DNA of 64,000 bases from Chrysomallon squamiferum (taxonomy: Eukaryota; Animalia; Mollusca). The translations under genes and the position numbers were made by a program. The stretch is from assembly GCA_012295275.1 (NCBI GenBank), contig CM022674.1:372001-436000 (forward strand), written 5' to 3'. Positions 1-42,782 of the stretch are shown here, one piece after another; the first letter of the stretch is position 1; every line of letters begins with the position of its first letter. The notes beneath the pieces are model-generated. The model was not told where the DNA came from. It was given only the letters and a program-made list of their open reading frames with translations, and did no database searches.

Positions 1-122
1 AAATACAGAAAAAATAATAACTATCTCGATTAATTACGGTTTTGTTATTAATTTTTTTATATATATATATATATATATTTTATTATTTTTTATAATGAAT
101 AGATAAATAACAACGACAACAA

Positions 123-167
<45 letters not shown>

Positions 168-333
168 CAAACAAAAAATATGATAATAAGAATAATTAGT
201 ATTTCGGTTTCATTTTCAATCCATTTTCATGTCAGTTTCATGTTAGTCAATTTCATTTTGTTTAGTCACCGCACGGTCGTTTAGCGGTAAAGTAACAGAT
301 GTTTGTTTCAGCATGTATGTTTCTTTCTTCCAG

Positions 334-411
334 CCCAACCATTTCGCGCGAAACCGCACGCGCGAAACAAGACACTTATAGCTTATATTGATGTCAAAGT
401 GACTAGCCATG
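334..411 (+). CDS. Candidate 78-nt phase 1-1 linker/cassette exon of MEGF6 (xQPFRAKPHARNKTLIAYIDVKVTSH)
   Basis: Acceptor ttctttcttccag|, donor CATG|gtaacc, open in the phase needed to join exon 6990, locally GC/CpG-rich. Confidence 0.5.
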
Positions 412-470
412 GTAACCATTCATTGATCATTTTTTCTGTTAGACAATTCGTGAATGAACAATGAAAAGAC

Positions 471-505
<35 letters not shown>

Positions 506-579
506 GAAAAAAAATGGAATGATTTGTACGTTTACAATTATTTCTTCTACTTCAACTGTTACAACTTCGATTATTGCTG

Positions 580-615
<36 letters not shown>

Positions 616-725
616 GTAATGAATGAATTAATATTTAACGACACCCCAGCACCAAAAAAAAAAAATATATATATATATATATCGGCTACTGGGAGTCAAA
701 TAATAATAATAATAATAACAACAAT

Positions 726-760
<35 letters not shown>

Positions 761-845
761 AACAATAATTATCACGACAGCGAAAATAATATACTACTAC
801 CATTAACTTTTTAACATCATTTACCAGCTACTACTGTTACTACTA

Positions 846-878
<33 letters not shown>

Positions 879-1239
879 TTGAAACTACTAAACTATATTA
901 CTATGACCTCTTCAGTAATAATAATAATGATAATAATAACAATAACAGCAACAATAATAATATTAATAATAATATGCTGCAATCACTACCTCTATTCCAA
1001 CATTTACAACAGAAACAGCAACTACTACTGCAGCTGATACTACTATTACTACTTCTATTACAACATCTGCTACTACAAGTACTACAACTAATACGATTAC
1101 TACTACTACTACTGTTATTACCACTACTACTACTACTTTAATACCACTACTACTATTACTGATGCAATTACTATATCTTCATTAATAATAATAATGATAA
1201 TAACAATAAATAAATAAATAAATAAATAAATAATAACAA

Positions 1240-1275
<36 letters not shown>

Positions 1276-3209
1276 AACAATAAATAAATAAATACGCATT
1301 AAAATTAATTGTTCATCCACGAAATCCGTTGTAACTTCAGTTTTCGTATTTTTTTTAAAACTAATTTTCATCTCACAGTTTTGCACCCTAAGCATTAACA
1401 AAGAGAACTTATCGTTTTTGTGTTCATTTCGTATCACAACGGCACGAATGTTCTTTGTTTTATTAATTTAGATTGAAGCAGAGGTTTTGTTCCGTCCATG
1501 AAATATACCACAATTTATTTAAAATGAAATATTCATAGCCTAATCTATATCACTTAGTTTAAAATAACAAAAGTCTACGATATATGTTTATTAAAATATA
1601 CATCTGTATCAAATATGCCGTCCCATGTATTAATGGATAATTTTAAAATTTACATTACATGTACTGCTAAATGATTTACAGTTTTTGAGTAAACTGTAGC
1701 AAAAAGAAACCTAGTCTGTATTCAAAAGTTTTTAACATCAAGACTTGGGTTTAGATATCTATAATTTTGTTTAACTGTATCTTATTTTCATAACACTTAA
1801 GTATTAGAAAACGTAATTGTTTAAAAAATACGCTATTTAATAGCATAAAAATTAATTATCTAAATTTGTAATTAAATTATAACAAAATCTTATATATATA
1901 TATAAAACCAGAAATTAACTGGTTAAATAAATATGACATTGTAATTATTATGCTTCTGCATTCAAATAACACATATGCTGTATAGAATATTAAAACAAAT
2001 TAATTTTTAAAAGTTTAAAGAAAACGGACAACAACATCTGTTTCAAAATGTCACATTTTATCCTAATATTAAACAGTCATTATCGTTTTTGTTGTTCTTT
2101 GTTGAATTATCACACCCATTTTATAATCTGTTCATCCATTTTTATTTATTTATTTTTTCTGTACGTGCAAAAAGTCACCACAGGAATGACTCAGTTTGTG
2201 TAGAGTCTTTGTTGCATTTTCCTGCACCTCAAATTAACGCACACTGATTTCTGTTTTGCATGGATGTTTTGCATAACTACAGCATTCTGAGTTATATTTT
2301 GGTAATTAATTTTGTCTTAGTTTTATTTAAATATTTATTTTTTAATGTTAGTTATAGATTGCTGTCGTTTTATATTTAAAATGCTATTCTATGGAATGTT
2401 TCGTGTTCAAATGTGTAATTAAATTTATATTTATATAATATACTTATTATTTGTTTGTTATTGTAGCAGTTGGTATGTATCCTAATTGTTAACAATTTTG
2501 TTGTATTTTGTTTTTAATTTAAAATGTCAATCCAGTAACATGCTTTATAACTTTTATGGGAATATGTATTTTAAAATACAAATCCCCATAATTTAATAAT
2601 TTAAAAATCAGATTATATATTTCCTTTTTCATTAGTTGAAAAAACAAATATTAAAATTTAAGACAAAATAGTCTTTCTAGCTTCCATTTCAATATTTATC
2701 TTTTTGGTGTTTGTTTTTTTAGGGATTTATTTTAGGTGTTTTTTTTTTTTTTTTTGTTGTTGTTGTTAAATCTTTTCTTTTCATTCTTAATTTCTTACTT
2801 CTTTTCCCTGTTGTCACTTTGAAGTGTACAGTTAATTGTTTCTCGTTGTTTGTTTTTGTTTTAGAACATGTTTGTTTGTTGTGCTGTATTTAGCATTGTA
2901 CTGTTGCAGTGAGATTGCTGTCCTTGTATCGTGTGTCTGTTTGTGTGACATTTGATTGTTTACAGTTTTGCATTGTCTGTCAGACGACGTTGTTGATTTG
3001 TAGACGTAGCTGTTGTTGTTTATTTAGTTGAAGCTAAGTAAATCAAAACAAAACAGAACGAATACAGAACAAAAAAGAACAAAAACATTTATTTTAAACA
3101 AGAAATTAAAACAAAATAAACAGTAGAAAGATTTTAAAAATTAGATAAGCAAAACTATGTTGTTGACAAATAAACTGAAAGGGAGATTAGTTTTGCAGTA
3201 GAGCTTATG

Positions 3210-3378
3210 TAAATACATACAGATATACAAACATGCACACATACTTACACGCATACATACATAAATACATACAGATATACAAACATGCACACATTCTTAC
3301 ATACATACATACATAAATACATACAGATATACAAACATGCACAAAAACTTACACACATACATACATAAATACATACAT
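3210..3378. repeat. 52-bp tandem repeat x3.2
   Basis: TAAATACATAC at 3210, 3262, 3314 and 3366; the first three continue AGATATACAAACATGCAC. Confidence 0.85.
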
Positions 3379-4106
3379 ACATACATAACATATATACATA
3401 CATACATGCATGCATACATAATTATATTGATAAATACTGACAACTGCTTATAATTAACCAATAAAAAAATTCATAAAAAACTTGATTATATATAAGAAGA
3501 TGCTTATATTTCTATGTAACATCGATTTGACTGCGACTATTCAAGCATTTGTCTGCAAATGATTCTAGGCGTGAGTGTCTGTGCATCTAGACATGCGTAT
3601 ATGTATTTAACTGTGAGTGCGTGCGTCTGTCTGTGCGTATGAACGCCTGCAAGTATGAAAATCTGGAAAAAGATTTATATATTGATGTTTGCGTTCACTT
3701 ACGCACCTGTAAGTGCGTGCGTCTGTGCGTATACACAAAATTAATCTGTCCGATTCTGTTTATGTGTTTATGTTTATTACTGCTTTGTTTATGCTGTGTT
3801 TGTACGTCGATATTTTTGTTAAGACGAGAAAAGCTTTTATTTCCTTCGTTGTACCTCACAGTCCTATTTGTATCTGTAAACATACATGTCTTAGTTTATG
3901 TGCTTTACTTATGTTGTTTATATGTTTGTTTTTTTAGTGTTTCCCCTCTCCATATTCTTTCTGTTGTTATATTTATTATCCTTAGTAAGTTTCCTCCGCC
4001 GTATTCTTTATGTGACTTTGTCTTCGTGTTCCAAATCGTGCCAGAATACTGTGTAAGTGCAGAGTCTGATCACACGTGAATGGGAATAGTCATTCCTGTT
4101 TTCATA

Positions 4107-4201
4107 CACACAGACTCACACACATTTCACGTGTCACACAGACTCACACACACATATCACGTGTCACACAGACTCACACACACATATCACGTGTCACACA
4201 G
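4107..4201. repeat. 28-30-bp tandem repeat x3, each copy with CACGTG
   Basis: CAGACTCACACACAT[A/T]TCACGTGTCACA repeated. Confidence 0.85.
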
Positions 4202-4875
4202 AAATGTATTGTTCTTCAGCCCTGTAGTCTAAGCTCACCTTGTATGTGTTTCATTTAATGTCTGCTTTTTTTCTTTCTGTGTTCAGTTATTTATTACAGT
4301 GCAGTCAAAACAAACATTCGTGTCTTCGTGTTATATCGTTTCAGCGTGTCCTTTGGTGTTCAAATTATATATATACATATATTTCATATACCACTCCTCT
4401 TTATATGCTTTTGTTGTCTACCAAACGAAATGTTTTCTTTTAATGTTCCTTATCTTTAGAATCATTTTTTATCTGTCTTTCTGTTACACTTTACGACACT
4501 GGTTTTTCGTCCGAACCAAAATGTATCAGCCATTTGTAAAAATTATTATTAGTTTCCCTTTTCCTTTCTATGCATTCTTTCCTGGAGTGTTATTATGATC
4601 GATGTAACATCTCTTTGTGTGTACAGTGGTTACGTATCTCAGTTATCAGTGTCTTACTGTGTAATTTAAATGTTTTTCTATTCCTTAGACGCTTTGAAAT
4701 ATTTCCTTTTTTTGTTTTATGTGTTTATTCGTGTCTTTATTCGTATACGCTTAAATTCCACTATCTCTATTGAGTCTGTATCCATTTTTGTCGACAAAAT
4801 ATTTAAATATCTCTTTTTTTTGTTGCTATAAGCCGTTTTTTTTTTTTTTTTTCATTTTTAAATTATATTATATGA

Positions 4876-4906
<31 letters not shown>

Positions 4907-6540
4907 TTAATTTATTTATTTACTTTTGCTGTTGTTATTTTCTTACTTTTCCATTTTCGATGTGTAATAATCACTGTCGTGCCAAACACAATTTCTATCA
5001 TCTGTTCTGTATTTCATAATTTATTCCTCTTTGTTTCATTTTCCATTACTGTCTGGGTTGTATTCACGTTGATCCAAACCAAAATTAATATCTCATTTCT
5101 TATTTATGTTGATTATTATATAAGATATTTTAATTTTAATTTTCTTTTAATTTAATTCTTCTACTTTCAAATTCTGTGTTTTCTTATTATTTGTTTACAT
5201 CATTTAATATAAATTCTATACTCGAAAGAATAATTATATCTATTTAATACGTTTATAAATATTGTATATATTAAATAGCTATTTCTTACTCAGTATGAAT
5301 AACAACATCGCCAGTACTATAAACCTTTCTAATTCATGTTACTTAAGTCAAGAAAATTAATATTAGCATGTGCTGTTTAAATATATTTATATATAATCCG
5401 TTGATAATGTTTTTTTGAGTTAGAAATATTTGTTTAAAATGAAGAAAAGTAAAATCTTTAAATCTGTTTCCTGTTCTAATACTGTATACAGCTTAGACGT
5501 CAATTATTAAAGTGGCGAGGTTTATTTATTATTCATTCATTCAATCATTCATTCATTTATTTGAATAAATAAACACGTTACCATTTGTTCTTTAAACGTC
5601 TTATCAGCATTATTCAGTTTAGCACGAAGCATTTGTTTCGTTCATAAATAAATAACGCCACTTTAATATTTGACCCTTAACCCCAACCTCTGACCCCTGA
5701 CCTTTACGTCACTGAAAGCTTTTGTACTCCATTTTGTTCAGTGAATATACTTTGGTAAATTATCCTAATAGCTTAAATATTTGTGACCTCTGATCTAAAT
5801 CGCTTTCTGCAACACTTTAATTTCATTGGATGTTGCTTCTTCGGTCACGTTTTCTACAAACATCCAATCACAGCATTCTTTTCGTTATAACTTAATTTAT
5901 GTTGCATATAAAATGTCTAACGTGTTTTTGCTTTGAATGTACTTTCTAATTAATAAGTAATTATTTTAATTATTTTCTTTATAATAAAATTTAGGCGTAT
6001 ATTTTATTATTATTTTTCTTGACTGAATTTAATTCTAAAATGATATAATAAGAAAAAAAAAAAAAAAAAAAAATCATATATTTTTTTAAAAATTTCAGAA
6101 ATAAGTGTCTATTGAAAATTCATTTCAGTATTTATTCATAATCTTTCAGAAAATATTAATCTTAAAGAGGTTAAACATTGATTCGAACATTTTAATTGTT
6201 TAGTTATTTTATTTTAATTTGACGATAATTCTTAATCTGTTCTAGTTTTTTATCTGTTAATATTTCGATTTTATTTCACTTTTAAATGTACTTGATGATA
6301 TAAAAGTTCAAAAAAAAATTGTTCTAAAAATGGCAAACAAAATTTCATGTAATTATAAAGAGAAATTGCCAGTTAACAAACTACAAAATACAGACATACA
6401 AAAACTTTATTCTACAGCTACACATACGCATTCATGCACTGACATACCCAGTAACTACACGTGTACACATCCAAATATATAATCAGACACACACACAAAC
6501 ATGTCTGTATGTTCAGCTACATTATATATATATATATTGA

Positions 6541-6598
<58 letters not shown>

Positions 6599-6808
6599 AT
6601 CTATCTATCTATATATATGTATGTATATCTATCTATTTCTGTCTATCTCTCTGTCTATCTATCTATCTATCTATCTATCTATTTCTCTATCTATCTATCT
6701 ATCAGTCTATCTATTTATCTATCTATCTGTCTGTCTATCTATCTGTCCGTCTCTCTACCTATATATCTATGTTTTACATAGACATACACAACACACACAC
6801 ATACACAC

Positions 6809-6852
<44 letters not shown>

Positions 6853-6989
6853 CACACACACACACACACACATACACACACCTTCATTTTCAGCACTGAT
6901 AGAAAGACTATCTGCATCCAACAGTAAAATGAAGTAAAATGTTACTGAATTTATTTAAATCTCTTTGTTGTTGTTGTTGTGTATTTCAG

Positions 6990-34671
<27,682 letters not shown>

Positions 34672-35429
34672 AAGCACAACACACAAATAGACCTCACTGA
34701 TAAAAGCATAACAGGTGCTGTGTTTTCAAATGATCTCCAGTGGACAAGGAACTTTACTGTGGAAAAGTGACGTAGGATTACTTTTTACTCAGCTGTAAAC
34801 TTCCAAAGATGAAATGTTCTGAAATGAAACAATGTTAAAAAATGACAATAAAATGATTCTAGAAAGGAGATGCTTTTGCAAAATTTTAAAATATAATAAT
34901 CTAAAGGACACATGATGAATATAATTCTTTAAGAACATAACACTGGGAAAAAATTCTAAAGGTTATTTTGTTGTGCAGAAATGTTTAGAAGTTGCAAAAT
35001 GATGAAAAAATGTTTAATGTTTAATTATGCAATTTGCACAGGTCAACTTTTATCAAATGCTTAGTGCAAAACATTCTAGACTCAGAATTTAATTAAAATG
35101 TTGTAGGATTTGTGCAAAATTTGTAGGAGCTGTGCAAAACAGTTTAGAAGGAGCTGTTTAAAATTTGCCTAGGCTTTGTTCTAACAGGCAAATGTTTTAG
35201 TGTTGTCATGCTTCAGATTTTTTTAGAGTAATCTCCCTTGTTAATTTACACTGCTTTGCCATTATTTATACTGTAGTACAAAGATTTGTTTACCAATTAT
35301 ATTTACTTAATTATACTAATTATTAATATAAATGAATTAATGAAGTCAAATTTGTGATAAATATATTTATCACTATTTTCAATTTTTATATATGATATTT
35401 GTTTTGTAACAATAATAAATTTATTAAGT

Positions 35430-35460
<31 letters not shown>

Positions 35461-36171
35461 TAACAGCAACATAAAAGCCACAAAGCTGATGATGACTATT
35501 ATTATTATTATTATTACTTACTTATTTACTTACACATATAAAGTCAAATTATATATGTAATTTATTCTGACAAAATTTAAAAACTAACCTAAATTATAAT
35601 TTTTCTGTTATTAAATAAACATAAATACCTTTTTTTCTTCTTTTTTTTTTAATTTTAATTAAATCCTAACTTTATTTCTGTATATAAATGTGTATTTTAA
35701 CCAGGGAGATTAGGGAAAAAGATATTATTTTATATATATATTTTTTTCATCACAAGTCTTTCATTTTTTAATCTGACCTCTTTTTCCAAAAAAAAAAAAA
35801 AAAAAAAAAAAGAAAGTTTTTTCTCAGTTTTCTTCTCTTTTTTTTTTCTCTATACTTCAGCACTCATGGATCTTAGTTAAGCAATGTTGTTCATTTAAGT
35901 TCACATTTCAGTTATATAACTATTTATGTGCAAAACAAATCACAAGTACAGGACTGTAGTATTGTAAATATGGAAATTAGGGGTGGAGTCTCTTGTCAAT
36001 CATTACTATGACATCATTAGTCCTCAACCAATAGTATGTCACAGTTAAGATGCATATTTAATTAAAGGCCAATGTGTTGTCAATTTCATGTAACTGTGAT
36101 GTTAGAAAATTATTTACATTTATATATTGTCTGTATTATCTATATTATTATTATTATTACATTACTACTAC

Positions 36172-36217
<46 letters not shown>

Positions 36218-37660
36218 TCTTTTAAATTAAAAGATATTATTGATGCAGTTATAAATTTTGCCAATTATTATTTTTATTTTTTATTTCTTTGTCTAAAAGC
36301 TTCTTAATATATTTTTCAAATTTATTATTATTATTTTAGAACAGCTAATCATATGAATATAATAACGACTGTTAGATATAAAGAGTTATGCCCCTTGGAA
36401 AAAGAAGTGTGACTTAGTGTTTATTGTAGCTTCACGTTCTAAAGTAAATTCTACCAGTTAAATACACTGTACATAAATGTAAGCTTTTACAGTTCTTAAA
36501 ATATGCTGGGTTTATTTCTTGTTTGTTTTTGTTTTTTTTTTGTTTTTTTTACAAACAGTATCTTACATAATAGTAAGCTTTGCTAAATTCAAATTTAATA
36601 AAATTTAATTTCAGTCAGCGATTGTATATATATATAAATATGTATAAAATTATAAATATATTAATAAAATAAAATGAAGCAGTAAATAACTAGCAAGAAA
36701 CTTGTAAAGGAATGCATCTTTTCTTTTATTATTTTATTTTAATTATTTTTAATTTTTTTTCAACAATTAGATCATTGTTCATTATCAAACAAATTGTTAT
36801 TGCTTGTTCTGTTGTATGACCGCGCCTTTAGTATTAATTTTCGATAATTAGTTTAGTTAATATTAATGTTTTCAATTAATATTTATTACATCTTTTTTTC
36901 ATGTTATTATTATTTTAATAAATTTAAATTTGTTTTAATGAACAAGTACAAAAAAAAATAAAATCAAAATTGTGATTAGATACAATAATAGTTATTTAAT
37001 TAATTAATTAATCAATAGTAATTCAAATGTTTTACAGGTAAAAGTTTAGAGTTATACAATAAGAATATGGTACTTACAATGATAATAATAACAATTTCTT
37101 TTTTAAAAAAGAAAAAAAGATTTGAAGTATAAATGAATTGTTTGAAATAACAATAATTAAAAACAAATACATTATTTATAAAAAAAAAACTAAAAAGTCC
37201 CCAACAGATTTATTAAATGTATTAATTAATTATTTGGAGCAATAATAATTAAAAACAATAAATTTATTAAAACAAATGAACTGTTTATTATAACAATAAT
37301 TTTAAAAGATAATAAGAAGATTTTTAAATATTAATTTTTTAACGATTACATTGTCTGGAACCCTGATTAATTAAAATAAGAATAAAATAAAATAAAGACT
37401 GAATTAGTTGTTTGTAGAGATTATAGCTACACCTATATAAACAGATATCCAGTAATTATGTAATATTTTTACTTTTTATCTGTATTAATTTAGATACACA
37501 CAGACATACGTACATATGTACTCCCCACGTAGAATGTTCATTTCTGTCTACCTCTTCACATTTGTATATTGTAAATGCAAAGGACATCAACACATGTGTA
37601 CTTTTGCTGCCAGTAACATTTTTATTTCATTAAATCTATAAAAAATTAAAAAAAAGAAAG
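34672..37660 (+). other. Putative long 3' UTR of MEGF6; distal poly(A) signal ATTAAA 37629-37634
   Basis: Follows the stop codon. Pumilio-type TGTAHATA at 35679, 35963, 36468, 36623. CpG depletion ends just after the ATTAAA. Several earlier AATAAA are also possible. Confidence 0.4.
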
Positions 37661-37819
37661 AAATGTATTCTATTTTATTTTTACGATCCCATTTTCGTTT
37701 TGTTCAGTTTGTTTTTACCCACGTCTTCTACCTCGTTTAAAATTCGTTTTAGTTAAACAGTGAAAAGCAGTTGAGATTTTAGTTCATTGTAGATTATATT
37801 ACATAAATTCTTTATAATA

Positions 37820-37857
<38 letters not shown>

Positions 37858-38825
37858 TTTTTTGAAATTGAATAAAACACAAGAAGCCTAGATCAGATTC
37901 TTGCAGAACAAAACAAACGTATCCAGTTATAAAATGTATGAAAGGAGCACTTTTCTTTCATTTTATGTTGTTTTTTTTTCTGAACTTTCAGCATATGTTT
38001 CGTTTTTATTATTGTTGGCTAATACTTTCGGCGCCAATCGAAGACACACGAAAATACATCTTTTGCAGATACTTTTCAATCATTTTATTTTTGTTATTAT
38101 TATTTATATGATTGGCCATTTCATTTTGTTTTTAAATGCATAACTGTTCTATCTTTCAGTATTTTAGCAAAACAGGGATATAGAAATATGACAGTTTTGT
38201 CACTGTTGCATAGTTACGTTTTTTAATTTCATTTTGTAATGAATGTGATTGCATAATTTGAATTTGTATTTCACTTTAGCCATAAGAGATGGGCTAACTG
38301 ATAGTTAAACATACGAGTAGTCTAATAATAATAATAATAATAATAATAATGATAATAATAATGATGATGATGATGATGATTTAAGTAACATTTTGATACG
38401 ATATAATTACTGTAATAGATATGTGTATCTTCAGTTGTACTTAAAGTGCGTATGGATTTTTTCAAGTTCGTCTTTTAGCCCATCCGCTTAGGCGTAACAT
38501 GAAAAGCGCGTTCAGTTGACGCTTTTGTTGAAAAATATTTGCTCCATGTTGTTAGTCATTTTCTTTAATTGTTATATTTTAAAACAAAAGTAAAAAGTAA
38601 GGCAGGCCAGCCTGTCTTCTGTTCAGAATAAACTGTTTACGATATTATTTTTTTTTTCACGTGAATATCGAACTCGCCTCACGTCAGATTTTGTCGTTAC
38701 TCGGTAGATTATTAGTAATAAACAACGTCAAAGTGTTACTCGAAGTTGTTTCTCTTCTTTGTTTGTTGTTGTTTTGGTATTTTTTTAACTTACGTACTTA
38801 TTTATTTGTTTATTTATTGTTTATA

Positions 38826-38973
<148 letters not shown>

Positions 38974-40197
38974 TTTGTTTATCGACGCACCCGTGTATTT
39001 TCTGATTACTTTATCTTAAAAAAGACCCCACATAATAATAATAATAAATAAATAAATAAATAAAAATTGTGGTAAATTCAAAGTGCAGTGAAGACTGAGT
39101 CCACGCATTTAATAAAAATTAATTTCAAATACTTTTCTAAAAATATTCGTAAACTAAGCGACAGTTATAATAATTATTACAGCCTTAATATACATGTTTC
39201 TGTATATACACACACCCAATCTCATTAGTTCACATATACATTCACACTCACAAACAGATGCATACAACATACATAAATATAATTTTAACATTGACTATAA
39301 GATTAAGATAAAGATTAATTTATTTATTTTAGATATTGAATAATAATAAGAAAATATAGTGAAAAAAAAGATGATGAAATTTATAAATAGACAACAAAGA
39401 TAGACTGAAATATTTTCTTTACTAGAACACAAGTAAATAAATTTTAAAAAAAAAAAAAAAAAAAAAAAAAGAAGAAGAAGAAATATTTGAAATACATACT
39501 TTGAATGGTTTCATTGTTTATCATCTTCATCGGCGTAATCATATAAAGTTACCTCCCTGGAATGACGTCATTACAATTGTGATACTTACTACGTCACGTC
39601 ACTATTATCTTACATTTTTGTTAGGAAAGCACGCGAGAAAGTTAAGATTTTTTCTCTTTCTTGTTGAATATTTATTTTATTTTACTTTGTGATTTTTATT
39701 TTTTTATTTATTTACCTACTTTCTTTAAATTTACTAGAAATCAATCTTTTATAATAATAATAATAATAATAATAATAATTAATTCCTTAACGTCCCTTGA
39801 AAAAGGGAAAACAATAAAAGAAGAGAGAGACAGACAGAGACAGAGAGACAGAGGGATAGAGAGAGATTAAAGGTTAAATGAGACAGGAATCAGAGTGATA
39901 CAGAATATTGGTATATTGCCAGATACTTTCTTTCATAAGAATACACAGCAACAAGTCACACCCAGTTTCGCTTTCAGTACTAGTAAACGATATTTAACGA
40001 CAATAGACTGTTTCACGGTTACACCTATATACCAGGTGTTTCTCGCGTTTCTAATCTACTCACTGTATATAAAATATGTTTTCGAACTAGTGTCACATTA
40101 TTTTACAGTTTACTAGAGATAAAATATATCTTTGATGACGCCTCCAAGCACTCGCAATTATAAGCAAAGAAAGACAAAATGAAATGTAAACAATTAT

Positions 40198-40236
<39 letters not shown>

Positions 40237-41412
40237 AACTACTACTACTAGTACTACTACTATTACTACTACTACTATTATTATTGTTGTTGTTATTGTT
40301 GTTATTATTACTACTCATGTTGTTGTGGTTGTTGTTATTAAATTTCTAAAATTGTTTTGTTATCGATGTTTCGTTGCATGAATCTATGCATGTATTTATT
40401 TTATTTTACTTTATACTCTCTCTCTCTCTTTCTCTCTATTTCTTTCTCTCTTTCTCTCTCCCCCTCTCTCTCTCTATCTCTCTCTCTCTCTGTCTCTGTC
40501 TCTGTCTCTTCTAAGTTAATCGGTACATCAACATCTTAATACTTACAGATGCAATCTACGTCATAATGAGGGTTGTGAACTACTACCTTAGACAGCACCG
40601 TATATATTAAATTTGAACGGGCTAATGTCAACGTTATCATATACATAACAAAAAAAAACAACACAAAAAAACCCCACAAAAGTTTGTTTTCTTTGATACA
40701 CGTAACAAAAACATGTTTGCCAGTCATCTCTTGTCTGCAAGATCAGTACATCTTTATATTCTTCTTCTTCTTCTTCTTCTTTTATTATTATTTTTTTTAT
40801 TACGTCTAATCTAAGTTCTGAAATCTTCAATCATTAATCCGCGCACATAAAAAAAGAACGTAAAAGAATCCGAATCCTTAGATGCTTTTTGTAGATTGTC
40901 AGAACGGAATGGACGTAAAATGCTCACGTATCGAATTACGTTATTGTTCAAATAAATATTCCCAGCGTCAAATTGTCTGACAGACCTGCCGTCCCTGCAT
41001 AACCTGGCGATACCGCAGCCGCGTATTTAAACTACGACTAAATTCAACTCTTATTTTAACTTCATACCGCATCTGTACCGCGTGTTGCCCAGTTGTATAG
41101 CAGTGCGTTGTAAGTACACGGGTTCTCCCCAACTGTGAACATATTTCACAATTATTCCCGGAATGCTTCGTCAGAACTTTGGTCGCTTATTTCATTTCTG
41201 CAAATCTTTCTTTTACATGTTCTCTGTTACAGGCTTCCTGATAGAAGCTGTATATTTTATATATGATCCTTAGTAACACAAATCCTTAAAGCCAACGATC
41301 TTTAGCTACTTTTTCAATTCCCTCATTTCCATGTTTCGTTGCTCCCCAATGTTGGATGCATATTATAACGATCTTGCAAAGGCTCCCAATAGAAGATATA
41401 TACTACTATCTC

Positions 41413-41492
<80 letters not shown>

Positions 41493-41616
41493 GCTAGCTA
41501 TCTATCTATCTATTTATCTCACTATATATATCTGTCTAATCGATATATGCATGTGTCAACCTACCTGTCTGTTTTTCTATATGAGAGTCTGTCTGTCTGT
41601 TATGTCTGAGTGTCTC

Positions 41617-41730
<114 letters not shown>

Positions 41731-41968
41731 TCACCACTGACATAGCTTTGTTCACTTAATACTGAGACCTCTGTAACTGCGGCTGTATGATCCAGTATTA
41801 TTCAAAATCTCAAATTAATGAATACATCTTTTCTACTGTTTTAGACAATGTTAAAATCACATGTATATAGTTACATGATCCAGCGATATTCTTCACGTGT
41901 TCTTGTATTATTAATGTTCCAGAAAAGCACTGTAAAAAGTGCTATATACCTTGTCATGTCATAAAATA

Positions 41969-42005
<37 letters not shown>

Positions 42006-42675
42006 CAACAACAACAATAACAATAAGTAAATAAATAAATAAATAAATAAATAACAAAAACAACAGAATAAGACAAACAAAGGTTCTTGATAAATCAGCC
42101 TTTACGCATTAGTTGTAGTTGGAAACGTTTGAACTCGACTGCCGGACAGAACCGAACCTGTGACCCCACGTGTGTCAATCTGTTTTCTGTTGTAACATTC
42201 CTCCGTCTTCGAAAACCCTCACACATCACATTTTCAAACAGAAATAACCCCTCTTTTCTCTATTTCGTTTCTGTCTTTCTATCCACTCTCAGTCCTCTTT
42301 CTTTCTCTCTCTCTCTCTCAGTTTGGGGATGAAATCGAGATTTCCCTTCGACATCCGCACTCTAGACCGACATCTGCTCTGATATATCAAATAATCATTT
42401 ATTCCTTCTCTCTACGTTATTTAATATCACGTTAAAAAGTCTTTAACATGTGCTCAATTAAAATCTGACATTATTTACGATATCCATATGTAATGTTAAT
42501 CCAGTTTTCTCAACTTTTTTTTTTTTTTTTTATTCAACAAGTTTTTCTTAAAACCTTCATCTCACTCTTTAAATCAAAGTATAAAACGTGCAGACGACCC
42601 TGGGAAAAGGCAAAATGAGAAATGAAGAAACAGAAAGAAAAAAATACCCCAGGAAATAGGGGTAGAAATAGGGGT

Positions 42676-42782
<107 letters not shown>

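Noticed and set aside
2894-2908. 15-nt phase 1-1 segment ending A|gtgaga
   Set aside because: The acceptor context is weak and it would add unpaired Cys. Likely chance.
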